Shown: positions 14,884 to 21,967 of the stretch, in pieces
How the letters are laid out: the number at the start of each line of letters is the position of its first letter
Position numbering within the stretch: the first letter of the stretch is position 1
Assembly (NCBI GenBank): GCA_046569805.1
Contig: JBKHVY010000001.1
Coordinates: 1 to 39,889, forward strand
Reading direction: 5' to 3'
DNA from: Bacteriovoracia bacterium
GTDB lineage: Bacteria > Bdellovibrionota > Bacteriovoracia > Bacteriovoracales > Bacteriovoracaceae
Length of the DNA: 39,889 nt
Notes under the pieces: model-generated
What the model was told of the DNA's origin: nothing
The model's database searches: none
The model's input: the letters and a program-made list of their open reading frames with translations, nothing else
Program-made: the position numbers and the translations under genes

Positions 14884-17297
14884 TCTTCCACCTCCGTTCC
14901 TTTCGGGCACAGAGGCCTAAGCGAACAAAAATCGCAGACTGCCGTGTCGCGAACGTCGGGGGCGAATCTCTCTTCTTCAACCAAGCGCTGAATCTGCGTC
15001 GTCTCAAAGGTTTCGTACGTTGCAACGTCCTCCCAGGGTGACTCCCAGGATTTCGCCCACCCAGGGACGTGTTGCTCAATCACTGCTGCGACGTCCGACG
15101 AACACGCGAGCCAGGACTTCTCGATGTCCTTAAAGAAAAGATACCCGATGGCGACCTTCGAGCTAGCCCGAAGAATCCCCTCCGCACGGAGGTCATTAAG
15201 GTAGAACCACAGCTGTATCTTTGGATACTGATCAGACCATTCAGTAAAACTCGGGTTCTGGCCTTTCGAGCGCTTGAAATCGATGAGGAAAATTGTCTCG
15301 CCGAGGATTCCGAGACAGTCGATCGACCCGCTTCGCTTGGGGCCCATGAGAGGGCGCTCAAAGTTCAGTTCCAGCCCAGGGAAGGCCATCGTCAACTGGC
15401 GCAATCGGACGAGGCCGTTCGTTGCATAAAGGACAGCTTCGCTTATAGCCGCTGCCTTTAATGGTGGTGAGAGACGCGCAGATCCCGAGCGGGCCTCGAT
15501 CAAGTCTTGGGCAGTTCGCCGCATTCGATCGAAGTCGGACCAAAAGTTTTCGCCGTTTGACCAGGCAAGCGCGAGAAGTTTGTGCTCAACGTCCCCGATC
15601 GCCATCGGATCAAGTTCAAGTGTGGGCTGGAACCGAGGAACAATTTTTTGAATCCTCTCCGCGTAGTATTTCCGAGGGCAATCAAGGAAATCCTGGAGAC
15701 GTGAGGCAGAGATTAAGTCTGGAAGCGGAACACGTCCCAGAGGAGCGGCAAACAGATCCTTCGAGTCCACTGTGGCCGCGACTGCTCGCGGCGCCATGGA
15801 GGTCGTGAGCTCCGTTTCCTCGAAGATTTTTTTCCAGCCGAGATCGTGCTTCAGGAGGCCCTCCTCGATTAGCAACGACAAATCCTGTCGATTGAGCAAC
15901 TCGAAGAGTTCGGCTTTCACGAACAGAAACTCGAGCTCGGGACGGCGAACTGGGCCGAGCTTCGCAAGCTGCTGCTCCATCTCAACCGAGAATGGTCGAT
16001 AGTCGCTCTTGATCCCACCGAGCGAACTGTCAATGCAAAGAACGGCAGGCCCGGACGAGGGTAACAATTGAAGGTCCTTGAGCGTTAATAGATCGACGAC
16101 GGGCTCGTGATGCATGATCGGCACCATGCTATTGCGAGGAGAATCCATCGCCACCACTTCTTTGAGAAGTTGCAGCAGAAAAAAGTCCAACGGCTGCCGT
16201 TCAAAGAGTTCAGGTTTTTCTTGGAGCACCTGCTGCGCTAACTGCAGCACCGCCAGCTCTCGAGAGAGACTAAAATCTTTCGCCGCTACAATCTGAGCTC
16301 GGTCCTGTTCGATCCAACCCACAAGCTCTACGGCAGGAAGCGTTTCCAGCACACGAGTAAGACGCTTCTCCCAGCGCAGGAAAACCACGTCTCGGGCTTC
16401 GGAGAGGATATCGACGGACCGCTTAACGAACACTTCGGCAAAGGGAAACTCTTGCAAGTGACCGTCTGTTAAATTCTTTGTTCCAAGAATAATTGCGGCG
16501 CGCCCTTGAGTTTTCTGCTTCCATTGCCGAAGGGCATCTCCGAGGCTTCCGCCCACATAACTCGTCGCTGTAAGTCTGCGCTTCTCTAGCTCAGGCTCTC
16601 CCGTATCCGTGAATTGCTTTGATAGCATCTTGAGCGCCTGTGGCCAGTCGAAGACGTGCGAGTGGCGCTCGACGATCCGTGGCACTGGAACGATGATCCG
16701 TTGCCGCAGAGATAGGGCTTCGAAGAAGGAGAGCTGCGCTGGGGTAAGGAAAGTGAAGCCGTCGAAGATGACGGTCGATCGATCGTCCCACTGGATCTCA
16801 CCGACGGTCCGTAGAAGTGCCGTGAGCTCGAAGAGTGCTGCGTGCTCATCGAGAATCCCCGTCGTGCGGCATGCCTGGTGGAAGAGCTGTGCCATCCCGG
16901 CGACGAGGTCATCGAAATTCGCGATGATTTCATCCGGAAGCTCGGGCGTATCGGTGTAGGCACGGAGGTCAGAAAAAACCTGATACGCGGATTTAAATCG
17001 ACCGTAATCGAGCTTCTGTCCATCGGGGTGGAGGTGACGAAAGGCGTTCAGGTGCAGGAGCAGACGCGACTTCCGAAGTGCTCCCTTCCCCGCGAGCCCT
17101 GCGAGCGTAAACATGTCCTGCGTAAAGCGACTCAACGTCACGACATCAGTCAGCGGTCGGTGTGACCAGCTGGAGCGCAAAGCATCGGCCCTCGCCGGAA
17201 AAGGCGTGACGAAGATGACTTTTTGATCAACGGCCAGATTCTGCTGGAGATATTCCTGCAAACCACGCTTCGTTGCGTAAGTTAAAAGCGTTAACAT
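14880..17297 (-). CDS. addB: AddB-type PD-(D/E)XK nuclease subunit (no recognisable Walker A)
   Basis: 805 aa, directly upstream of the AddA-type gene and overlapping it. The C-terminal RecB-family nuclease has IFLIDFKRSKG and the AddB/Cas4-like Cys pattern CPRKYYAE ... CDFCSLRPLCP. I see no GxGKT motif in the N-terminal region. Confidence 0.75.
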   Translation of the reverse strand: MLTLLTYATKRGLQEYLQQNLAVDQKVIFVTPFPARADALRSSWSHRPLTDVVTLSRFTQDMFTLAGLAGKGALRKSRLLLHLNAFRHLHPDGQKLDYGRFKSAYQVFSDLRAYTDTPELPDEIIANFDDLVAGMAQLFHQACRTTGILDEHAALFELTALLRTVGEIQWDDRSTVIFDGFTFLTPAQLSFFEALSLRQRIIVPVPRIVERHSHVFDWPQALKMLSKQFTDTGEPELEKRRLTATSYVGGSLGDALRQWKQKTQGRAAIILGTKNLTDGHLQEFPFAEVFVKRSVDILSEARDVVFLRWEKRLTRVLETLPAVELVGWIEQDRAQIVAAKDFSLSRELAVLQLAQQVLQEKPELFERQPLDFFLLQLLKEVVAMDSPRNSMVPIMHHEPVVDLLTLKDLQLLPSSGPAVLCIDSSLGGIKSDYRPFSVEMEQQLAKLGPVRRPELEFLFVKAELFELLNRQDLSLLIEEGLLKHDLGWKKIFEETELTTSMAPRAVAATVDSKDLFAAPLGRVPLPDLISASRLQDFLDCPRKYYAERIQKIVPRFQPTLELDPMAIGDVEHKLLALAWSNGENFWSDFDRMRRTAQDLIEARSGSARLSPPLKAAAISEAVLYATNGLVRLRQLTMAFPGLELNFERPLMGPKRSGSIDCLGILGETIFLIDFKRSKGQNPSFTEWSDQYPKIQLWFYLNDLRAEGILRASSKVAIGYLFFKDIEKSWLACSSDVAAVIEQHVPGWAKSWESPWEDVATYETFETTQIQRLVEEERFAPDVRDTAVCDFCSLRPLCPKGTEVEE

Positions 17298-17356
17298 CGT
17301 GGGGTATCATACGCCTGAAAGTACTGACAATCCCACTTGAATTAGCGTATTAAAAT

Positions 17357-18214
17357 ATGATGTTAAAACCAAGCCGCCTCTACAGCTTCCTCGACAGCAA
17401 GAATGGTATTGCTCTGCATTTCTTGGACGGTCAAAAGCTTATTAATGACTTAGCCCTCATTCATCCGTTGGCGGGTCCGGGGTTTGCATTTTTCCGAGAC
17501 ATGGTTTTAAGTTTTATGCCGCTCATCAGCTTTCTCAAGGCTGGTGAAAACCTTGGGATCTACATCGATAGCGAAGAGCCGTATTTCCGTTTGAAGATCG
17601 AGACAAGCTACGTCGGTCAAACGCGCACACTCCTTCTCCCCGAGCAGTTCTCTGAGTTTCCGATCAATCTTACCGGCGCCGCACGAGTGACGAAGCAGTT
17701 CCCTCATGGACGCTCGGCGTACACCTCCGTGGTGAACTTCCATGACACTCCCAGCAAGGAAGTGGTCAACAACATCTTGAAGACATCCTACCAAGCAAAC
17801 GCCGAAATCGTCCTCTCGGAGATGGCAGATCAGAGTGTCCTCGTGATAAAGCTGCCCGCTGTTAACGTCAATAGTACACTCGACGATGAGACCGAGAGCC
17901 TCGCGACCTTCTTGAAGGGCCACAAGTCGTTTTTCCACAACATCTTCGACGAGAACCACAACGACGTAGAGTCCGTCGTGAGGGCCTTCGAGGACAGCAA
18001 CTTTGCCTACCTCTCGAGCAAGCAGGTCGATCTCTTCTGTCCCTGCTCAAAGGACAGAATGGTCGGGAACCTGAAGCTCATGTTCCTCCAAGATCCGGAG
18101 GCGCTCTTCGCTGGAAAAGAGACTCTCGAGGCGAAGTGCGACTACTGCAAGAAGACCTACGAGATCTCGCGCTCCGACCTGAGCTCCCCGTTCTCAAACG
18201 GTCCGATCAACTAG
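17357..18214 (+). CDS. hslO: Hsp33-family redox-regulated chaperone
   Basis: 285 aa with the C-terminal zinc-centre motif CPCSKDRM...CDYCKKTY (CXC...CXXC) characteristic of Hsp33. The N-terminal domain length is consistent. Confidence 0.85.
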   Translation: MMLKPSRLYSFLDSKNGIALHFLDGQKLINDLALIHPLAGPGFAFFRDMVLSFMPLISFLKAGENLGIYIDSEEPYFRLKIETSYVGQTRTLLLPEQFSEFPINLTGAARVTKQFPHGRSAYTSVVNFHDTPSKEVVNNILKTSYQANAEIVLSEMADQSVLVIKLPAVNVNSTLDDETESLATFLKGHKSFFHNIFDENHNDVESVVRAFEDSNFAYLSSKQVDLFCPCSKDRMVGNLKLMFLQDPEALFAGKETLEAKCDYCKKTYEISRSDLSSPFSNGPIN

Positions 18215-19236
18215 TTGACGAACGGGTTAATGACCTTGAGCTCGAGGCCCTGCTGCCGCGGGCCGCTCAGAATCCGCTCGAAGAGTTGCGCTTCTTCGTA
18301 GAACCCACAAAAGTTTTCAGCGCGTGCCCCCTCCGCGAACACCGGTACCGAGAGCTCTCCTCGACGGGCCATCGCATGCGCACCCTTCAAGTCGAATTGC
18401 TGCCACTCATTTCCTTCGGCAGGAAAATCGACATCCACTGAGGCCGCACCAGAAACAATCACGAGCAAGTCTTGATTCGCCTCCGTCAGCCGATAGAAGG
18501 ATTCCACGGCTTTATCAATCTCTCGTAGCGCCTCTCGGGTCTGGTTTATGTTCTGCTGGTCAAGAGAATGCTTAAGCGAGAAATCTCTCACAATGAAAAT
18601 GTGTCGGCCGGAGTTCCTCGAAAACTGCGCGTAGATCGAATTGAGGGCCGTGGGAAGTGCGGAGCCGCAGCCCGAAGCTCCGCAGGTCTTATCCCAATAC
18701 ACTTTCCCGGGTTGATACGTTTGCGGTACCACTGGCAGATAACTTTCGGCTCCCATTGGCATACTGGACCGCATGCTCCAAACGGTGCTCTCTCCGAGGA
18801 ACCCCTGCCCTGATCCTTCGCAAGACTTAGATGCGAGGAGGCTTTCTTCGTTTCTCGCATCAATCTCCAGGATGCCGGACTTGTATCCGTTCGTACTTAA
18901 GTAAGACCAGATGGGCCTGCGATTCCAGTCCTCGCACTTACCGGTAATATCTTTTTTTCCCGTGATCTGACTAAGCATCGCTTGCTGCGCAGAAGGCCTC
19001 AGCGTATACAGATTGAACGACCATGCCTGCCCCAGGCACATGGCGTTCTCCATCGCTGCGCGGTCTGCGACTGTCGGAAGACTGAAGCGCAGCATCGCGA
19101 TTTGCTCGTGATCAAGGCCTGCGATTTGGAACCAAACGATCTTGCTAGGCTGACGACCGAACTGATGCCGTCGCATATTCAGGCTTGTCACCTGTGCACA
19201 CCCCACCATCAGTAAGCAAAGAATGATCCCCTTCAC
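18211..19236 (-). CDS. lipoprotein, distant alkaline-phosphatase/NPP-superfamily-like (possibly non-catalytic)
   Basis: The ORF-track entry is 18211..19554. Its first 106 codons overlap the upstream membrane-protein gene and look non-coding. GTG at 19236 gives VKGIILCLLMVGC|AQ (lipobox) and a GTGA overlap with the upstream stop. VWFQIAGLDHEQ, YTLRPSAQQAMLSQITG, VRDFSLKHS and DLLVIVSGAAS loosely follow the NPP/AP metal-site blocks. This family call is weak. Confidence 0.6.
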   Translation of the reverse strand: MKGIILCLLMVGCAQVTSLNMRRHQFGRQPSKIVWFQIAGLDHEQIAMLRFSLPTVADRAAMENAMCLGQAWSFNLYTLRPSAQQAMLSQITGKKDITGKCEDWNRRPIWSYLSTNGYKSGILEIDARNEESLLASKSCEGSGQGFLGESTVWSMRSSMPMGAESYLPVVPQTYQPGKVYWDKTCGASGCGSALPTALNSIYAQFSRNSGRHIFIVRDFSLKHSLDQQNINQTREALREIDKAVESFYRLTEANQDLLVIVSGAASVDVDFPAEGNEWQQFDLKGAHAMARRGELSVPVFAEGARAENFCGFYEEAQLFERILSGPRQQGLELKVINPFVN

Positions 19237-19856
19237 GCTCGCACCTCGCTGCTTTCCGCTGAAAAAACACGCAGGGAATTTTTCACCATAAAGGCATTCA
19301 CGATTCGATGCGTGAGGATGATCCAGATGGCCAAGCAAACCTGCGCTCCCACCAAGATACCGGCCTTGATAAAAATCCAATAGGCAAATGCGACTACCGC
19401 CTGGGTCAGAGCAACGCGAGCGACGTAACGCTGCTCGCGATAGTGATACAAGATCAAAACGCTTCCCGTTAACCAGCCGACGAGAAATATCACTAAACCC
19501 GCATCTAGGCCCATCGCATGGCCCGCGAGGGCGCCAAGAATCGGTACTCGCCACAGGACCTTTCGATGAAGCTGAGTCGGGTGGTCAAGGATTCCGAGCC
19601 AAACAAAGGCAGGCCACGCAGCGCCCATGGTGGCGAGGAGAACACCGTAGATCGACGGATAGTAGAAAACCCAGTGGATGCCATACCAGGCAAGGGCATC
19701 TGTTAGGAGCATCAAACTAAAGCAGCTCAAAAAAAGCGTTCCGAGAGTCCGGACGGTATCCCGAGGAAGCCCAAACTGAACGACGAGAGCAACGACGTGG
19801 GTCAGACACAGAATCACGAGAGCGATCTGACCAAAAAAAAGGAAAGAACTGTTCAT
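19233..19856 (-). CDS. integral membrane protein (about 6 TM), unknown function
   Basis: 207 aa, almost entirely hydrophobic helices (IALVILCLTHVVALVV, LGTLFLSCFSLMLLTDALAWY, VFYYPSIYGVLLATMGAAW...). Translationally coupled to the downstream lipoprotein. Confidence 0.7.
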   Translation of the reverse strand: MNSSFLFFGQIALVILCLTHVVALVVQFGLPRDTVRTLGTLFLSCFSLMLLTDALAWYGIHWVFYYPSIYGVLLATMGAAWPAFVWLGILDHPTQLHRKVLWRVPILGALAGHAMGLDAGLVIFLVGWLTGSVLILYHYREQRYVARVALTQAVVAFAYWIFIKAGILVGAQVCLAIWIILTHRIVNAFMVKNSLRVFSAESSEVRA

Positions 19857-19963
19857 CTTGGCGCCTAAAATAAAGTAGTATGATGATTATAAATATTTTT
19901 TTTCAGATGTCTTAAAGTCTTTTGCTGCAGAGAGTAGCACTGACGGTTTTTTCGGGAGGCAGA

Positions 19964-21967
19964 ATGGATGCGAGTGTAGAACTGAGCCGCGAGATTATGT
20001 GGAACATCCCCCTGTGGATGAAGGTGGCCATGTACGCCGCCCTCGCCGTTGCCAGCGGTGTGTTTCTTAAGGGACTCCACGAGAAGTACGTCTTCGTTAT
20101 GCAGGGCCGCCCCTTCAAGGAACTTCTTCCAAAAGAACTCAACTTCAAAAATTTCTTGAAGACGATCTTCTTTCAGGGCAAGGTCACGCGCTCACCGATC
20201 GTAGCGGTGTACCACACGCTCATTTTCTGGGGCTTCATCACACTCCTTATTGCGACGGAGTTCGTCGCGATCCACACAGACACACCATTTAAGATCTTCA
20301 AGGGACCTGTCTACCAGATCGTCTCCCTCATCGCCGACATTGGAGGCTTAGCAGTGCTCATCGGTATCGCCATCGCCTACTGGCGTCGCTACGTCCAGAA
20401 GCCGGACTACCTAAGCGCAACAAAGCCCAAGCAAGAGCTCTTCATGTACGGCATGCTGATCGTGTTGATCGTCATCGGCTACTTCCTTGAAGGAATCCGC
20501 CTCCACGGCACGAACATGCCCGTCGAAGAAAAAATCTGGTCGCCGATTGGATGGATGGTGGGTGCCTGGATCTCGAACTTCGGTGTGACCGACGAAGCCT
20601 GGGCGACTCTTTACCGCGGCATGTGGTTCTTCCACATGATCAACACGATGTTCTTCGTGGCGGTTATTCCCTATTCCAAGTTCTTTCACATCATCGCCAT
20701 TCCCCTCTCCGCGGTGCTCACGCCAGCACGCCGGGGTGCGGTCTTGCAGCCGATGGACTTCAACAATGAGAACGCAGAAACATTTGGTCTGAGCAAGACG
20801 AGCGAGCTGACCATCAAAGAGCGCTTCGATACACTCGCTTGCGTTGAGTGTGGCCGCTGCACGCAGGTGTGCCCCGCAAACCTCGCCGACAAGCCCCTCA
20901 ACCCTAAGACCATCGTCACGAAAATGCGTGACACGCTGATGGCTAACCCGGGCCAGGACGTGAACCTCTGGGAGAATCCACTTTACGCGTCGAACGAGCT
21001 CGACTCGTGTACGACCTGTGGTGCTTGCATGGAAGAGTGTCCGTCGAACATCGAACACGTCCAGATCATCATGGATCTTAAGCGCTACAAGGCGCTCACG
21101 CTTGGCGACCTTCCACCGGCCGCTGCGGACGCGACGAACAAGGTGAAGAAGAACGGAAACCCGTGGGGCATCGCCCAGGAAGATCGCTTCAACTGGGCCC
21201 AGGGCCTCGACGTTCCGGTCATCGAAGCCGGCAAGAAGGTCGACTTCCTCTACTACGTCGGCTGCGCCGGCTCCTACGACGGCTCGAACCAGAGGGTCGT
21301 GAAAGACACGGTCGCGCTGCTCAAGAAGGCGGGCGTGAGCTTCGCCGTCATGGGGAAAACGGAGAAGTGCAACGGAGACCCGGTCCGCCGCTTCGGCGAC
21401 GAGTACTCGTTCTACGAGATCGCCATCGAGAACATCGCGAACATGCGGCAGTACGAGTTCGGGAAGGTGGTGACCCACTGCCCGCACTGCCTCCACACGA
21501 TCGGAAAGGAGTACGCCAAGTTCGACGACGGTGCGTTTGAGACGGTTCACCACACGGAGCTCCTCGCAGAACTTCTCCGGACGGGTAAGCTCAAGCCAGA
21601 GAAGGCACTCAACGAGGAGTTGACCTTCCACGACCCGTGCTACCTTGGTCGTCACCATGATCAGTACGATGCACCGAGAGACGTTCTGACGAGTATCCCG
21701 GGCCTCAAGCTCAAGGAAATGGAGAAGAACAAAGACAAGGCCCAGTGCTGTGGCATGGGCGGCGGCAACATGTGGTACGAACTCCCAGAAGGACACCACA
21801 TGGCCGAGAATCGCCTGGCACAAATCGGTGAGGTCTCCTCGACGAAACTTGCCACATCATGCTCGTATTGTATGATTAACTTCAACTCCTCTAAGGGCAC
21901 AGTTAAATCCACGGAGAATCTGCAAGTTGAAGACGTGGCCTCATTGCTCGCTAAGTCCGTTCTCTAA
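19964..21967 (+). CDS. fused membrane cytochrome-b-like (NarI/DsrM/HdrE-type) + HdrD/GlpC/DsrK-like Fe-S (CCG-domain) oxidoreductase
   Basis: The ORF track starts at TTG 19922. I prefer ATG 19964, preceded by GGGAGG at 19954-19959. The N-terminal ~270 aa has 5-6 TM helices with His in YHTLIFW, AIHTD, FFHMIN and FFHIIA. Two ferredoxin motifs are present (CVECGRCTQVCP, CTTCGACMEECP). Cys-rich CCG-type motifs follow (YYVGCAGS, HDPCYLGRH, QCCGMGGG, CSYCM). Confidence 0.85.
   Translation: MDASVELSREIMWNIPLWMKVAMYAALAVASGVFLKGLHEKYVFVMQGRPFKELLPKELNFKNFLKTIFFQGKVTRSPIVAVYHTLIFWGFITLLIATEFVAIHTDTPFKIFKGPVYQIVSLIADIGGLAVLIGIAIAYWRRYVQKPDYLSATKPKQELFMYGMLIVLIVIGYFLEGIRLHGTNMPVEEKIWSPIGWMVGAWISNFGVTDEAWATLYRGMWFFHMINTMFFVAVIPYSKFFHIIAIPLSAVLTPARRGAVLQPMDFNNENAETFGLSKTSELTIKERFDTLACVECGRCTQVCPANLADKPLNPKTIVTKMRDTLMANPGQDVNLWENPLYASNELDSCTTCGACMEECPSNIEHVQIIMDLKRYKALTLGDLPPAAADATNKVKKNGNPWGIAQEDRFNWAQGLDVPVIEAGKKVDFLYYVGCAGSYDGSNQRVVKDTVALLKKAGVSFAVMGKTEKCNGDPVRRFGDEYSFYEIAIENIANMRQYEFGKVVTHCPHCLHTIGKEYAKFDDGAFETVHHTELLAELLRTGKLKPEKALNEELTFHDPCYLGRHHDQYDAPRDVLTSIPGLKLKEMEKNKDKAQCCGMGGGNMWYELPEGHHMAENRLAQIGEVSSTKLATSCSYCMINFNSSKGTVKSTENLQVEDVASLLAKSVL

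Noticed and set aside
14884-14910. Nine extra N-terminal codons on the AddA-type ORF (MPERNGGGR).
   Set aside because: ATG at 14883 forms the classic ATGA overlap with the upstream stop and begins the conserved region. The extension lies inside the addB-like coding sequence.
11614-17297. UvrD-helicase + PD-(D/E)XK nuclease pair considered as a phage-defence module (Gabija/other helicase-nuclease systems).
   Set aside because: The order (nuclease subunit first, then helicase-nuclease), the sizes, the full UvrD motif set, the RecB-type nuclease domains and the AddB-type Cys pattern all fit the housekeeping AddAB recombination enzyme. There is no ATPase/Toprim partner, methylase or other defence-island hallmark nearby.
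17298-17356. Possible divergent promoters between addB and hslO (CTGACA-N18-TATTAA).
   Set aside because: The -10-like box ends only about 3 nt before the hslO ATG, which would require a leaderless transcript. The support is too weak to report as a feature.
19237-19554. N-terminal 106-codon extension of the lipoprotein ORF (track entry 18211..19554).
   Set aside because: It fully overlaps the 3' part of the well-formed membrane-protein gene (19233..19856) in another frame. The extension is Arg/Gly/Ser-rich with no signal. GTG at 19236 gives a canonical lipoprotein signal peptide and a GTGA coupling.
19857-19963. An 11-codon ORF (ATGATGATTATAAATATTTTTTTTCAGATGTCTTAA) and promoter-like AT-rich tract in the divergent region between the membrane-protein gene and the Fe-S gene.
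   Set aside because: The mini-ORF has no SD and atypical AT-rich codons. The region is most simply a divergent promoter region. I could not assign convincing -35/-10 pairs, so no feature is reported.
20411-21823. 470-aa ORF antisense to the Fe-S oxidoreductase gene. Similar long antisense or off-frame ORFs occur at 21951-22652(-), 23836-24501(-), 26599-27096(-), 27573-28103(-), 28623-29297(-), 33413-34018(-), 37626-38333(-) and 10008-10589(+).
   Set aside because: These are shadow ORFs produced by the strong GC3/RNY codon periodicity of the sense genes. Their translations are Arg/Val/His/Glu-rich low-information sequences with no motifs. The sense-strand genes carry unambiguous family signatures.
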